Below are positions 36,563-45,359 of a stretch of 64,000 nucleotides of DNA, piece after piece. The DNA comes from Actinomycetota bacterium (GTDB taxonomy: Bacteria > Actinomycetota > UBA4738 > CALAEC01). The position numbers and the translations under genes were made by a program. The stretch spans positions 8,975 through 72,974 of the forward strand of contig JBOGWA010000146.1 of assembly GCA_050693155.1 (NCBI GenBank), in the 5' to 3' direction. The notes beneath the pieces are model-generated. The model was given only the letters and a program-made list of their open reading frames with translations. It was not told the DNA's origin and ran no database searches. Each line of letters starts with the position of its first letter. Positions within the stretch are counted from its first letter, which is position 1.

Positions 36563-36994
36563 CTAGCCGCGCTCCGGAACGAGCGCGCCGGTCGAATACG
36601 AACCCTCGTGGGTCTGCAGGTACCGATCCCAAGCCTCGAGGCCCCAAATCTCGAGCCGATCGGACACCCCGACGACGGTGACCTCCCTGCCCAGCGTGGC
36701 GTTCTCCCTGAGCTTGCGGGGCAGCACGAGGCGCCCCTGCACATCCAGCTCAGCCCGCTCCGCGTTGCCGAAGAACATCCGGGCGTACGCTCGGTTCCTG
36801 GGATCCGAGATCGCAAGCTCCTGGATCTCGGTGCGCCGCCTGTCCCACTCGACTCGGGGGAACGCGAAGAGGCACCCGTCCTGGCCCAGCGTGAGGAAGA
36901 CGCCCTCGGAGAACGCGTCTCGGAATTTGGCCGGAAGGGAGATGCGTCCCTTCGCGTCCAGTTGATAGCGATGTTCGCCCAGGAGTTCGGCCAC
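36563..36994 (-). CDS. mraZ: Transcriptional regulator MraZ
   Basis: Two DXXXR motifs (…LDAKGRISLPAKFR…; …LDVQGRLVLPRKLRE…). GTG start with GGAGGAGGGG SD. Confidence 0.95.
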   Translation of the reverse strand: MAELLGEHRYQLDAKGRISLPAKFRDAFSEGVFLTLGQDGCLFAFPRVEWDRRRTEIQELAISDPRNRAYARMFFGNAERAELDVQGRLVLPRKLRENATLGREVTVVGVSDRLEIWGLEAWDRYLQTHEGSYSTGALVPERG

Positions 36995-37009
36995 CGGAAC
37001 TCCCCTCCT

Positions 37010-37054
37010 CCACTAGGGGTCCACCTTTATGCCACCTGGACTCCACCAAGTCAA
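37010..37054 (-). promoter_or_regulatory. mra promoter with MraZ-box-like direct repeats: four GTGG(A/C) units at exact 11-bp spacing overlapping -35 TTGACT / -10 CATAAA
   Basis: mraZ-sense strand reads TTGACTtGGTGGAgtccaGGTGGCATAAAGGTGGAcccctaGTGGAGGAGGGGagttccgGTG. The fourth repeat overlaps the SD. Confidence 0.6.
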
Positions 37055-37145
37055 GAGGTAAGGGGCGAATTACAGTGATGTAAGTTGACCTCTGTAAACA
37101 AGTGTTCCTAGAGTGAGGTGACTGTGTTACGTCTTGATGCTCGGG

Positions 37146-37628
37146 TCAAGTAGTGAGGTATGGCTCCCACGAGGGGTCGAGGCGGCCAAGCGAGAGTCGG
37201 AACACGTCCTTGGGAGCGTACGGCTTGCGACGCAGCTTGAGCCCGGCCTCGTGTGCGGGACGGTTCTGCTTCCTGGAGTTGCACCGCCGGCACGCGGCGA
37301 CGACGTTCTCCCAAGCGTGAGTCCCTCCGCGCGAGCGCGGGATGACGTGGTCCACGTTCTCCGCCGGATCACCGCAGTACTGACACATCCAGTCGTCTCG
37401 AGCGAAGATCGCCCGGCGCGTGAGCGCCGCTCGTGCCCGATGGGGGACGCGAACGAAATAGGTCAACCGGACGACGGAGGGCGCCGTGATCGTGAGCCGT
37501 TCCGACCGAAAGACCATCCCGTTGGACTCGACGACGTTGGCCTTCTCTTTGAGGACGAGGACAATCGCCCGTCTCGCTGCGACGACAGCGAGCGGCTCGT
37601 ACGACGCATTCAAGACCAGTGATCGCAT
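37146..37628 (-). CDS. HNH endonuclease family protein
   Basis: HNH core …CQYCGDPAENVDHVIPRSRGGTHAWENVVAACRRCNSRK…. Confidence 0.8.
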   Translation of the reverse strand: MRSLVLNASYEPLAVVAARRAIVLVLKEKANVVESNGMVFRSERLTITAPSVVRLTYFVRVPHRARAALTRRAIFARDDWMCQYCGDPAENVDHVIPRSRGGTHAWENVVAACRRCNSRKQNRPAHEAGLKLRRKPYAPKDVFRLSLGRLDPSWEPYLTT

Positions 37629-37904
37629 CGTTCAACCGTCTTCTTCGAAAATGTGGCGCTCATTATAAGAACGTCGCTCTGATCCGGTACCTTGCCGCTC
37701 CTCGAACCGCCTGACAGAAACCACATGGAGATGCTTGATACTCAAGGATCACAGAAGTGTAATTCATGATCAGAGGAAGGCGGCGTCCCGAAAGTGTCGG
37801 CGCTCCAGGTATGAAGGGCGCCCGAGAGCGATTGGGGCCGCGCGGGGTGTCTCAGGGATGAAGGGCGCCGGCCACGCCGCCTTCCGCATTCCTCTTTTGA
37901 ATCC

Positions 37905-38699
37905 TCACCCTCCCGGTCGCGGAGACTCTGGGCGCTCTCCCGCTCCGAACCGCGCAAGGCCTTCGGCAAGCGCCGGATCGCCCAGCGACTCGTATCCGCG
38001 TTCGATCTCGGCCCCGAGTCCCTCCAGGAGAGGCCGACCGAGCGCCTCCAGCGCGGAACGTCGGTCGGCCCGAAGGCTCGCCTGGGGATAGGCCTCGATC
38101 GCCTCCGCGAGCTCGAGCGCGCGATCGAGCGCGCGGCCCGCGTCGACGATTTCGTCGACCAGTCCCATGCGCAAGGCCTGCTCGGCATCGAGCCGCGCTC
38201 CGCTGAGGATCAGATAGAGCGCATGCCCGAGCCCGACGATTCTCGGCAGACGTTGAGTGCCGCCGTCGACGAACGGAACTCCCCAGCGGCGATTGAGCGC
38301 ACCGAACTCCGCGGTTCGGCCTGCGATCCTGACGTCCGCCCAGGCCGCGAGCTCCAATCCGCCGGCAAAGCAGTATCCCTCGATCGCGGCGATCGAGGGC
38401 TTGTCCGTCACAATGTGCGCGAAACCCATGGGCCCCGTGCGCCTGGCATCGGGGCGAGTCACGAGCTCACCGGCCGCTTTCAGGTCGGCGCCCGAGCAGA
38501 AGGCCCTCGATCCGGTCCCGGTTACGACGAGCACCCGCGCGTCCGAGCTCGAGGAGAAGGCCTCGAACGCCTCGGTAAGCAGGTCGGCGGTCTCGGCGTC
38601 GACGCAGTTGTGAACCTCGGGCCGATTGAGCGTCACGATGGTGATGGGGCCGCGCTCATCGACCTTCACCTTCGCCACGAAGGCAGCATACGATTCCAT
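37905..38699 (-). CDS. Enoyl-CoA hydratase/isomerase (crotonase) family protein
   Basis: …ITIVTLNRPEVHNCVD…RVLVVTGTGSRAFCSGADLK… oxyanion-hole motifs. Confidence 0.85.
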   Translation of the reverse strand: MESYAAFVAKVKVDERGPITIVTLNRPEVHNCVDAETADLLTEAFEAFSSSSDARVLVVTGTGSRAFCSGADLKAAGELVTRPDARRTGPMGFAHIVTDKPSIAAIEGYCFAGGLELAAWADVRIAGRTAEFGALNRRWGVPFVDGGTQRLPRIVGLGHALYLILSGARLDAEQALRMGLVDEIVDAGRALDRALELAEAIEAYPQASLRADRRSALEALGRPLLEGLGAEIERGYESLGDPALAEGLARFGAGERPESPRPGG

Positions 38700-38704
38700 C
38701 GGCG

Positions 38705-39676
38705 ATGGCAACGGCAGGACGCGATCGCGAAGAGTGGGAGCGCTTCGGAACGCTCTTCGAGGCGCTGCAAGAGAACGTTGCCCACATCATCCGAGGAAAG
38801 TATCCGGAAATCCGGCTCGCGCTGGTGACGTTGATCGCCGAAGGGCATTTGCTCGTCGAGGATGTTCCCGGCGTCGGCAAGACGATGCTTGCCAAGGCCA
38901 TTGCTCGATCCATCGACTGCTCGTTCCGGCGAATTCAGTTCACCCCGGATCTCCTGCCGACCGACGTGACCGGGGTGAACATCTACAGCCAGGAACGCGG
39001 CGATTTCGAATTCCGCCCGGGCGCGATCTTCGCGAACGTCGTTCTCGGAGACGAGATCAATCGCGCGAGCCCGAAGACACAATCCGCCCTGCTCGAGTGC
39101 ATGGAAGAGCGTCAGGTTACGGTCGACGGGGAAACGTACGAGCTCGGGGTCCCCTTCATGGTGATGGCGACCCAGAACCCGATCGAGCACGAGGGAACCT
39201 ATCCCCTTCCGGAAGCCCAGCTCGATCGGTTCATGATGCGCCTCACGATCGGCTATCCGGATCCAGAGACCGAATCGCAGATCCTTGCCACGCACCGTGC
39301 GGGGGAGGAGCTTCGCGACCTCCGGCCCGTCACCGATGCCGCAGGCGTCGCCCAGCTCATCGCGGCGGTGAGGATCGTGCACGTCTCGGAGTCGGTCCGC
39401 CGCTACATCGTCGAGCTCGCCGACGCCACGAGACGCCATCCCGACATTCATCTCGGGGCGAGCCCGCGTGCATCGATCATGATGCTTCGAGCCAGCCGAG
39501 CCGCGGCGGCGACCGAAGGACGTGACTTCGTCATCCCCGACGACGTGAAGCTTCTCGCGACGCCGATGCTCGGGCATCGAATTCTCGTCTCAGCGGATGC
39601 GGCGATGAGCGGCCGGACGCCTGGGGCGATCCTCGCCGACCTCCTCGACGAGGTCCCCGTTCCGGTCGCGAGCTAG
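38705..39676 (+). CDS. MoxR-family AAA+ ATPase
   Basis: Walker A GVGKT, …ILGDEINRASPKTQSALLECMEERQVTVDGETYELGVPFMVMATQNPIEHEGTYPLPEAQLDRF…. Confidence 0.9.
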   Translation: MATAGRDREEWERFGTLFEALQENVAHIIRGKYPEIRLALVTLIAEGHLLVEDVPGVGKTMLAKAIARSIDCSFRRIQFTPDLLPTDVTGVNIYSQERGDFEFRPGAIFANVVLGDEINRASPKTQSALLECMEERQVTVDGETYELGVPFMVMATQNPIEHEGTYPLPEAQLDRFMMRLTIGYPDPETESQILATHRAGEELRDLRPVTDAAGVAQLIAAVRIVHVSESVRRYIVELADATRRHPDIHLGASPRASIMMLRASRAAAATEGRDFVIPDDVKLLATPMLGHRILVSADAAMSGRTPGAILADLLDEVPVPVAS

Positions 39677-39677
39677 G

Positions 39678-40904
39678 GTGCTCACTCCCAGAGGATTCAG
39701 CGTCCTCGGAGCCGGGGGTCTTCTGTGGCTCGCGGCCCGGATCATGGGTTCGACGGATCTACACGCCGTCGCCTTCGGACTCATCCTCCTGCCGCTCCTG
39801 GCCCTTCTCGTCGCCCGGCGCTGGTGGTACGACCTCGAAGCCACCCGACGGCTCGATGAACGGCGGGTCTTCCCAGGCACTCGTGTGACGGTCGAGGTGG
39901 AGGTCCGAAACCGCCTCGGCTCCCGCACCGCCGCTCTCCTCCTCGAAGACCGGCTACCTCCAGCCCTCGGCCGACGGGTACGTGGGGTCATTCGAGGCCT
40001 TCCCCCCCGAGGCCGGGACACCCTTCCATACACGCTCACGTGCGGCCGTCGAGGAAAATATGAGATCGGTCCCCTCCGGGTCACCGTTTCCGATCCGTTC
40101 TTCCTCGCCCGCCAGCGGATCGATGTCGCCGACCGAAGCGACGAGCTCCTCGTGTATCCCGCGGTCGAGGAGCTCGGGGCGGCTCCCAAGGACGTCGGCG
40201 CCGGGGGTTCCGGCGAGTCGGCTGTCGGGCGACTCCTACACGCACGGGGCGACTTCTACACGATGCGCGAGTACCAGATCGGTGACGACCTCCGGCGGGT
40301 GCACTGGGCGTCCACCGCACGGACCGGCCACCTCATGATCAGACAGGACGAATCCGAGCGCGGCGCCAACGCCACGGTGGTGCTCGACACCCGAAGCCAC
40401 ACGTTTGGCGGGCCCGGTGAGACGTTCGAGCGAGCGGTGTCCGCCGCCGCGTCGCTCGGCTTTCTCTACGCGCGGGGCGGCTTCGGCCTGCGACTCGCCA
40501 TGCCGGATGTCCCACCCCAGGTCGTCACTCGGGAGCTGCTGCTCGAAACCCTTGCGACCATCGGCCCGTCGAGGACCCGAAACCTCGCAGAGACGCTCCG
40601 CGTCCTCCGACCGAAGGGGGCCGCCGCATCGACCCTCGTCGTTGTAACCGGCGTCCCTTCCCCCCAGGACGTCGAGGCGCTCTTGGGGGCCGGGGCGGGT
40701 TTCGCAGCCCGCATCGGCGTCTTCGTACTCGGTGAAGACGCTTCCAGACGATCAACGTTGCAGAAGGAAGCGGATGAGCGCGTGACCCTGGCCCGAGCAC
40801 AGCTCTCCCGGGCCGGATGGCGCGTCTTACCGCTTCCGCCGGGTCAGCCACTCCGAGAGCTATGGACGCTCCGAACTCCAAGCCACATCGCGGCCTCCTC
40901 CTGA
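39678..40904 (+). CDS. DUF58 (vWA-like) protein, MoxR partner
   Basis: Two N-terminal transmembrane segments and the DUF58 hallmark …DFYTMREYQIGDDLRRVHWASTARTGHLMIRQDE…. Begins 2 bp after the moxR stop. Confidence 0.85.
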   Translation: MLTPRGFSVLGAGGLLWLAARIMGSTDLHAVAFGLILLPLLALLVARRWWYDLEATRRLDERRVFPGTRVTVEVEVRNRLGSRTAALLLEDRLPPALGRRVRGVIRGLPPRGRDTLPYTLTCGRRGKYEIGPLRVTVSDPFFLARQRIDVADRSDELLVYPAVEELGAAPKDVGAGGSGESAVGRLLHARGDFYTMREYQIGDDLRRVHWASTARTGHLMIRQDESERGANATVVLDTRSHTFGGPGETFERAVSAAASLGFLYARGGFGLRLAMPDVPPQVVTRELLLETLATIGPSRTRNLAETLRVLRPKGAAASTLVVVTGVPSPQDVEALLGAGAGFAARIGVFVLGEDASRRSTLQKEADERVTLARAQLSRAGWRVLPLPPGQPLRELWTLRTPSHIAASS

Positions 40905-43129
40905 CGGGGCTGCTTCTACTCGTCGCCTCGACGGGGGCTGCGTTCGGCCGCATCTTCGAGGGCGCCGGTCTCGTCGTGGCGTTCGCGGGTGTCGGTGTCG
41001 TGGCGCTCCTGGTTTCACACGTGACCCGGCGGTGGCCGCTTCCACTGTCTCTCCTCGTTTCGGCGGTTGGGGCGTTCGTCGCTATCGGCTTGCTCGTCTT
41101 CCGGGACACAACGGTCGTCGGAGTGCCTACACCCAGCACGCTCGAGGCGTTTCGCGATGCGTTCGGTCGTTTCGGTGTCGATGCCGCAGAACAGGTGCCT
41201 CCGGTTCCGCACCTGCCTTCGCTCGTCGCGATCTCGGTAATTGCGATCTGGCTCACAGCAACGGCTGCACACGTAAGCGTCGTGCGATATCGGATTCCCG
41301 CCCTCGGATTGCTTCCCCCGGCGACCCTTCTTGGGTTCACCGGGCTCGTCAACGCCGAGGGACTCTTTCGCGTGTACGCAGCCGGATTTCTGCTGGGCGC
41401 GTTTGCTCTCCTCCTCGACTCCGGCTCTACCCTCCTCGGGCGCTGGGGTCGCTCGCGCCCATCTACGTCACACGAGGCGCGATTGCGCGGGATGCGAGCC
41501 GGCCGGTTGGCCGTCGGCGCCGTGGCGGTGGCGGTCTTCCTGCCGGGAATCCTGCCAGGGTTCGGAGCAGCTCCTCTCCTCGACGTCAAGGGAGGCGGAG
41601 GGGGCGTCGGCATCCGCGCCCTAGTGGACATCCGGCCGAGCCTCAATCGAGATGATCCGGTCGAGCTGTTTCGCGTTTTCGCGGATCGAGTGACCGCCGA
41701 TGTGCCCGCCTACTGGCGTCTGCTTTCCCTCGACGAGTTCGATGGTCGCGTATGGAAGATCGGCGTCGAGGGTGGGGCGCCGATTCAGCAGATCCAGGGG
41801 CAAGGACCGCTCGCGGGCGCAACTTCAGCCCCCGCCATGCTCCTTCGCCAGCGGATCTTGATCCGCCACCTGTCCACGCCGTGGCTTCCGGCGGCCTTTC
41901 AGCCTGTCGGGATCGATATCCAAGAAGAGACGGTTCGCTACGACTCGGACCGGGCGGTCATCACACTCCCGACCGGCACGAGGGAGAACCTCCAGTACGA
42001 CGTCGATTCACAGGTGGTCCAGCCGACTCCGGAGGAGCTCGAGCAAGTCACCGACTCGGCGTGGGCCGCATCCGGGTGGTCCGGGCTCGAGCGTTACACG
42101 CGTCTCCCCGCCGATCTCCCACCGGTGATCGGCGAGTTCGCGCGCCGGGCCTCCGCCAGCCTGACCTCCCCCTACGCGCGAATCCTGGCGATCCAAAACT
42201 ACCTGAGGACTTTCACCTACGACGAGGAGGCGCCCGCGGGCCACGGAATCGACGATCTCGCCTATTTCCTCCTCGAATCCCGCCGCGGCTACTGCGAACA
42301 GTTCGCAGGGACGATGGCGGTGATGGTCCGAAAGCTTGGGTACCCAGCTCGGGTCACCATTGGCTTCCTGCCCGGGGAGCTTCGCCAGGACGGATGGCGC
42401 CACGTCACGACCGACGATGCACACTCCTGGGTGGAGGTCTATTTTCCGTCGTTCGGCTGGCTCGCCTTCGAGCCGACCCCAACACGGTTCAACCCGATCG
42501 CGCAGCCCTATACGCATCCCGTCGGGCTCGAGGCGGCAGCCGGTCGCTTCTTCCTGGGAGAAGGCGGTTTCCTCGCGACGAACCAGATCCCCGGCGCGCT
42601 GACCGACGCCCTCGAGCTCGAGCGGCGCTTTGGCATCGGCCGAGGCGGGACGGGGGGGACGTCACCGGAGCAGAGCCGCCTCCCGGTTGTCATCGCCGTC
42701 GTCGTGGGAGCGCTCCTGCTCGTTCCCATCGTCAAGACGCTGTCTCGACGCTTTCGACGGAGGAGCGCTCGAACCCCCCACGATCGAGTGATCGCGTGGT
42801 ACCGCTACTTCGAGCGGCAAGCCTCGGATCTTGGCTTCGGCCGGCTTGAGGGCGAGACCCTCAGAGAGTACGGCTGGCGATTGGCCGAAGGAAGATCGAG
42901 TCCCGAACCCATCCTTGATCGGCTCACCCTCGTGACGGCGGAGGCGCTCTACGCAGGGAGGACCGACGAGGGAGGTCCTGGCGAGATCGCTCGAGCTACC
43001 CGCGAAACCCTTCGAGGTCTTCGTCGCCGCGCGGGGGCGGTGCGCCGAGTCTTGGCTGCCTACCGGCTGAGACCGACCCGCTCCGACTTCGCATCGCGCA
43101 CCGCGCTCCGCAGTGTTCTCAGGAACTGA
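40862..43129 (+). CDS. Transglutaminase-like domain membrane protein (TgpA-like)
   Basis: Multi-transmembrane N-terminus and a transglutaminase core with the Cys/His/Asp triad context (…RRGYCEQFAGTMAVMVRKLGYPARVTIGF…DDAHSWVEVYFPSFGWLAFEPTP…). Overlaps the end of the DUF58 gene. Confidence 0.85.
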   Translation: MDAPNSKPHRGLLLTGLLLLVASTGAAFGRIFEGAGLVVAFAGVGVVALLVSHVTRRWPLPLSLLVSAVGAFVAIGLLVFRDTTVVGVPTPSTLEAFRDAFGRFGVDAAEQVPPVPHLPSLVAISVIAIWLTATAAHVSVVRYRIPALGLLPPATLLGFTGLVNAEGLFRVYAAGFLLGAFALLLDSGSTLLGRWGRSRPSTSHEARLRGMRAGRLAVGAVAVAVFLPGILPGFGAAPLLDVKGGGGGVGIRALVDIRPSLNRDDPVELFRVFADRVTADVPAYWRLLSLDEFDGRVWKIGVEGGAPIQQIQGQGPLAGATSAPAMLLRQRILIRHLSTPWLPAAFQPVGIDIQEETVRYDSDRAVITLPTGTRENLQYDVDSQVVQPTPEELEQVTDSAWAASGWSGLERYTRLPADLPPVIGEFARRASASLTSPYARILAIQNYLRTFTYDEEAPAGHGIDDLAYFLLESRRGYCEQFAGTMAVMVRKLGYPARVTIGFLPGELRQDGWRHVTTDDAHSWVEVYFPSFGWLAFEPTPTRFNPIAQPYTHPVGLEAAAGRFFLGEGGFLATNQIPGALTDALELERRFGIGRGGTGGTSPEQSRLPVVIAVVVGALLLVPIVKTLSRRFRRRSARTPHDRVIAWYRYFERQASDLGFGRLEGETLREYGWRLAEGRSSPEPILDRLTLVTAEALYAGRTDEGGPGEIARATRETLRGLRRRAGAVRRVLAAYRLRPTRSDFASRTALRSVLRN

Positions 43130-43557
43130 TCCCGGTCCCTACGGAACTCGCTCACCTCAGTATCGAGTGAGCGAACGATGCGGTCGATCGCAACGAAGAA
43201 CGCCAGCTGACCCTGTCGCAAGGCGTCCAGGATCTCTCCCTGGCGGCGGGCGATCTTGAAGATGCTCTTTCCGTCGGTGACGAGCTTCAGCTCCGCAAGA
43301 TGGCCCTCCAGCTTTGCCTCTTTCCGGAGATAGTCGAGCGCTCGCCGAACCCGCTGGAGCGACATCCCGCTATCGAGCAGGGACTTGATTACCTTCAGGG
43401 CGACAAGGTCGCGAAACGAAAACAGACGCGGAACCCCGGGACGTCCACCCGTTTGTTGCACGGACGGCGTGACGAGCCCGCTCTGATCCCAATACCTCAA
43501 TTGGCGTTGGGTACAGCCGGTCAATCGGGAAGCCTGATGCGAGGTGAATCCTTCCAT
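43060..43557 (-). CDS. MerR-family transcriptional regulator
   Basis: HTH …FTSHQASRLTGCTQRQLRYWDQSGLV…GGRPGVPRLFSFRDLVALKVIKSLLDSGMSLQRV…. Confidence 0.75.
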   Translation of the reverse strand: MEGFTSHQASRLTGCTQRQLRYWDQSGLVTPSVQQTGGRPGVPRLFSFRDLVALKVIKSLLDSGMSLQRVRRALDYLRKEAKLEGHLAELKLVTDGKSIFKIARRQGEILDALRQGQLAFFVAIDRIVRSLDTEVSEFRRDRDQFLRTLRSAVRDAKSERVGLSR

Positions 43558-43698
43558 CCGAGTCCCCCAACCCCACGCCCGCGTTCGTCTCCGGAACCGA
43601 AACCGTCGGGCACGCGTCCACCCGGTCCCGGGGGAAGGAAAAGCGGACACTGTTCTAGCCCAAAAGCGGTGTCAGAGCAAAACGGGGTTTGGCGAGGG

Positions 43699-44067
43699 TC
43701 AGCCGCGGGCTTGCGGGTTACCGCGGAATCGCTCGGCCAACCGCGCGAGCAGTCGCGAGAGCGAGGCACGATCCGGGCGGCCGCGCGCGTGACTCCCGCT
43801 GATCCGCCGGAGCTGGTGGTAGGCAAAGAGCGCCGACGCGAGCATCGCAGCGAACCCGATGATCGCGACCCAGACGGAGACCGCGAACAACATGAGCATG
43901 ATGAAGCCGGCGACAAAGGACAGCGTCGCCAGCCGGACACGTCTCGCCAGATGCGCATGAAGAGACGTGCGGGAGACGGCCTCGGCCAACCTCGGGTCTT
44001 CCAGCTCGAGTTGTCGCTCGATTTCCTCGAGGACTCTTTGCTCGTGGTCAGACAGGCCGCCGCCCAT
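43699..44067 (-). CDS. DUF3040-like small membrane protein
   Basis: N-terminus MGGGLSDHEQRVLEEIERQLELEDPRLAE followed by 2 transmembrane helices; pattern characteristic of actinobacterial DUF3040. Confidence 0.6.
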   Translation of the reverse strand: MGGGLSDHEQRVLEEIERQLELEDPRLAEAVSRTSLHAHLARRVRLATLSFVAGFIMLMLFAVSVWVAIIGFAAMLASALFAYHQLRRISGSHARGRPDRASLSRLLARLAERFRGNPQARG

Positions 44068-44163
44068 GTTTCCTTGCTCCCGTGGGCTCCCGTGTCTCGG
44101 TCCCCCCATTATAGGGACGGGTGCGGAAGGCTCACCAGGCCCGCCAGGGGGGATCCGAGCGCA

Positions 44164-45357
44164 TTAGTCGGGAGGGAGGAGGACCGCCGGAAACGCGGCT
44201 CCGGGACCGAATCGTGATTCGATCCGGTCGAGCGCCTGCTCCGCATCGTCCCATCGTCCGGCGCGGACGAGCGCGAGCTGAACCGCGCCCGCAGGCTCGA
44301 GCCCCGCCCCGGCGACGCCGAGAAGCCGAATCCGGCGATGCTTGGACGCCGGAAGCCGTCCGTAGAGTTCGGAGGTCATTCGGTACAGGTCGGCCCCGGT
44401 GTCGGTCGCGCGCGGGAGCGTATGCGACCTCGTGAGCGTCGTGAAGCTTGCGAGCCGAGCCTTCAAAGTAACGGTGCGGGCCCGGTAGCCCTCGCGGCGG
44501 AGTCTGGCGGCGACACGGAACGACAACCGAAGCAGCTCGCGGAGGACGTCCTCTTCCCGATCGAGATCCCGATCGAAGGTCTCCTCGTGACTCACCTGCT
44601 TCGGCTGCTCGAAAGGAACGACCGCTCGATCGTCTTGGCCCATCGCGAGGTCCGCGAGGCGCCGGGCCTGATGCTCTCCCAGCAGCGGTTGGAGCACCCG
44701 GAGTGGGGTTGCCGCCAACTCGCCGACCGTCCGAACACCAAGGCGCGCAAGCGTTTCCTGAGTCCGCTCGCCGACGCCCCACAGCGCATGTGCCGGAAGA
44801 GCGTGGAGGAACGTGAGCGCCTCGTCTGCCGGGATCACCAACAGGCCGTCGGGCTTCGCGTCTTCGGAGGCGAGTTTCGCGATGAGCTTCGTCGGTCCTA
44901 CACCGACCGAGCATGTGAGATCGAGCTCCTTCCGGACCCGAGCGCGAACGGTCTCGCCGATCTGCGGGGGCTTCCCGAAGAGTCGCGTCGCGCCAGAGAC
45001 GTCGAGAAAGGCCTCATCGAGGGAGAGTGGCTCGACGAGCGGAGTGATCGAGAGCAGGACCTCCCGGAGGCGGGTCGCGAATGCCCGGTACGAGGAGAAT
45101 TCGGGCTCGACGAAGACGAGCTGCGGGCAGAGTCGGCGAGCCCGTGCCGAGGGCATCGCCGAGTGAACCCCAAAGCCGCGCGCCTCGTATGAGGCCGACA
45201 TCACGACCCCACGAGGCCCGGCGCCGCCGACGGCGATGGGCCTCCCCGCGAGCGAGGGACTCTTCAAGACCTCGACCGACGCATAGAACGCATCCATGTC
45301 CACGTGAAGGATGGGCTCGCCCACCCGGCGGGAAGTCGCTTCGCCACCCATCCGCAT
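44164..45357 (-). CDS. dinB: DNA polymerase IV (DinB, Y-family)
   Basis: Catalytic motifs …ILHVDMDAFYASVE… and …SLDEAFLDVSG… (acidic residues present, so it is not ImuB); little-finger domain. Confidence 0.9.
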   Translation of the reverse strand: MRMGGEATSRRVGEPILHVDMDAFYASVEVLKSPSLAGRPIAVGGAGPRGVVMSASYEARGFGVHSAMPSARARRLCPQLVFVEPEFSSYRAFATRLREVLLSITPLVEPLSLDEAFLDVSGATRLFGKPPQIGETVRARVRKELDLTCSVGVGPTKLIAKLASEDAKPDGLLVIPADEALTFLHALPAHALWGVGERTQETLARLGVRTVGELAATPLRVLQPLLGEHQARRLADLAMGQDDRAVVPFEQPKQVSHEETFDRDLDREEDVLRELLRLSFRVAARLRREGYRARTVTLKARLASFTTLTRSHTLPRATDTGADLYRMTSELYGRLPASKHRRIRLLGVAGAGLEPAGAVQLALVRAGRWDDAEQALDRIESRFGPGAAFPAVLLPPD

Positions 45358-45359
45358 CG

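Noticed and set aside
37735-38091. 118-aa plus-strand ORF in the echA-HNH intergenic region and echA 3' end
   Set aside because: No SD, biased Arg/Ser/Pro content, and it overlaps echA antisense. The region is more likely non-coding or regulatory.
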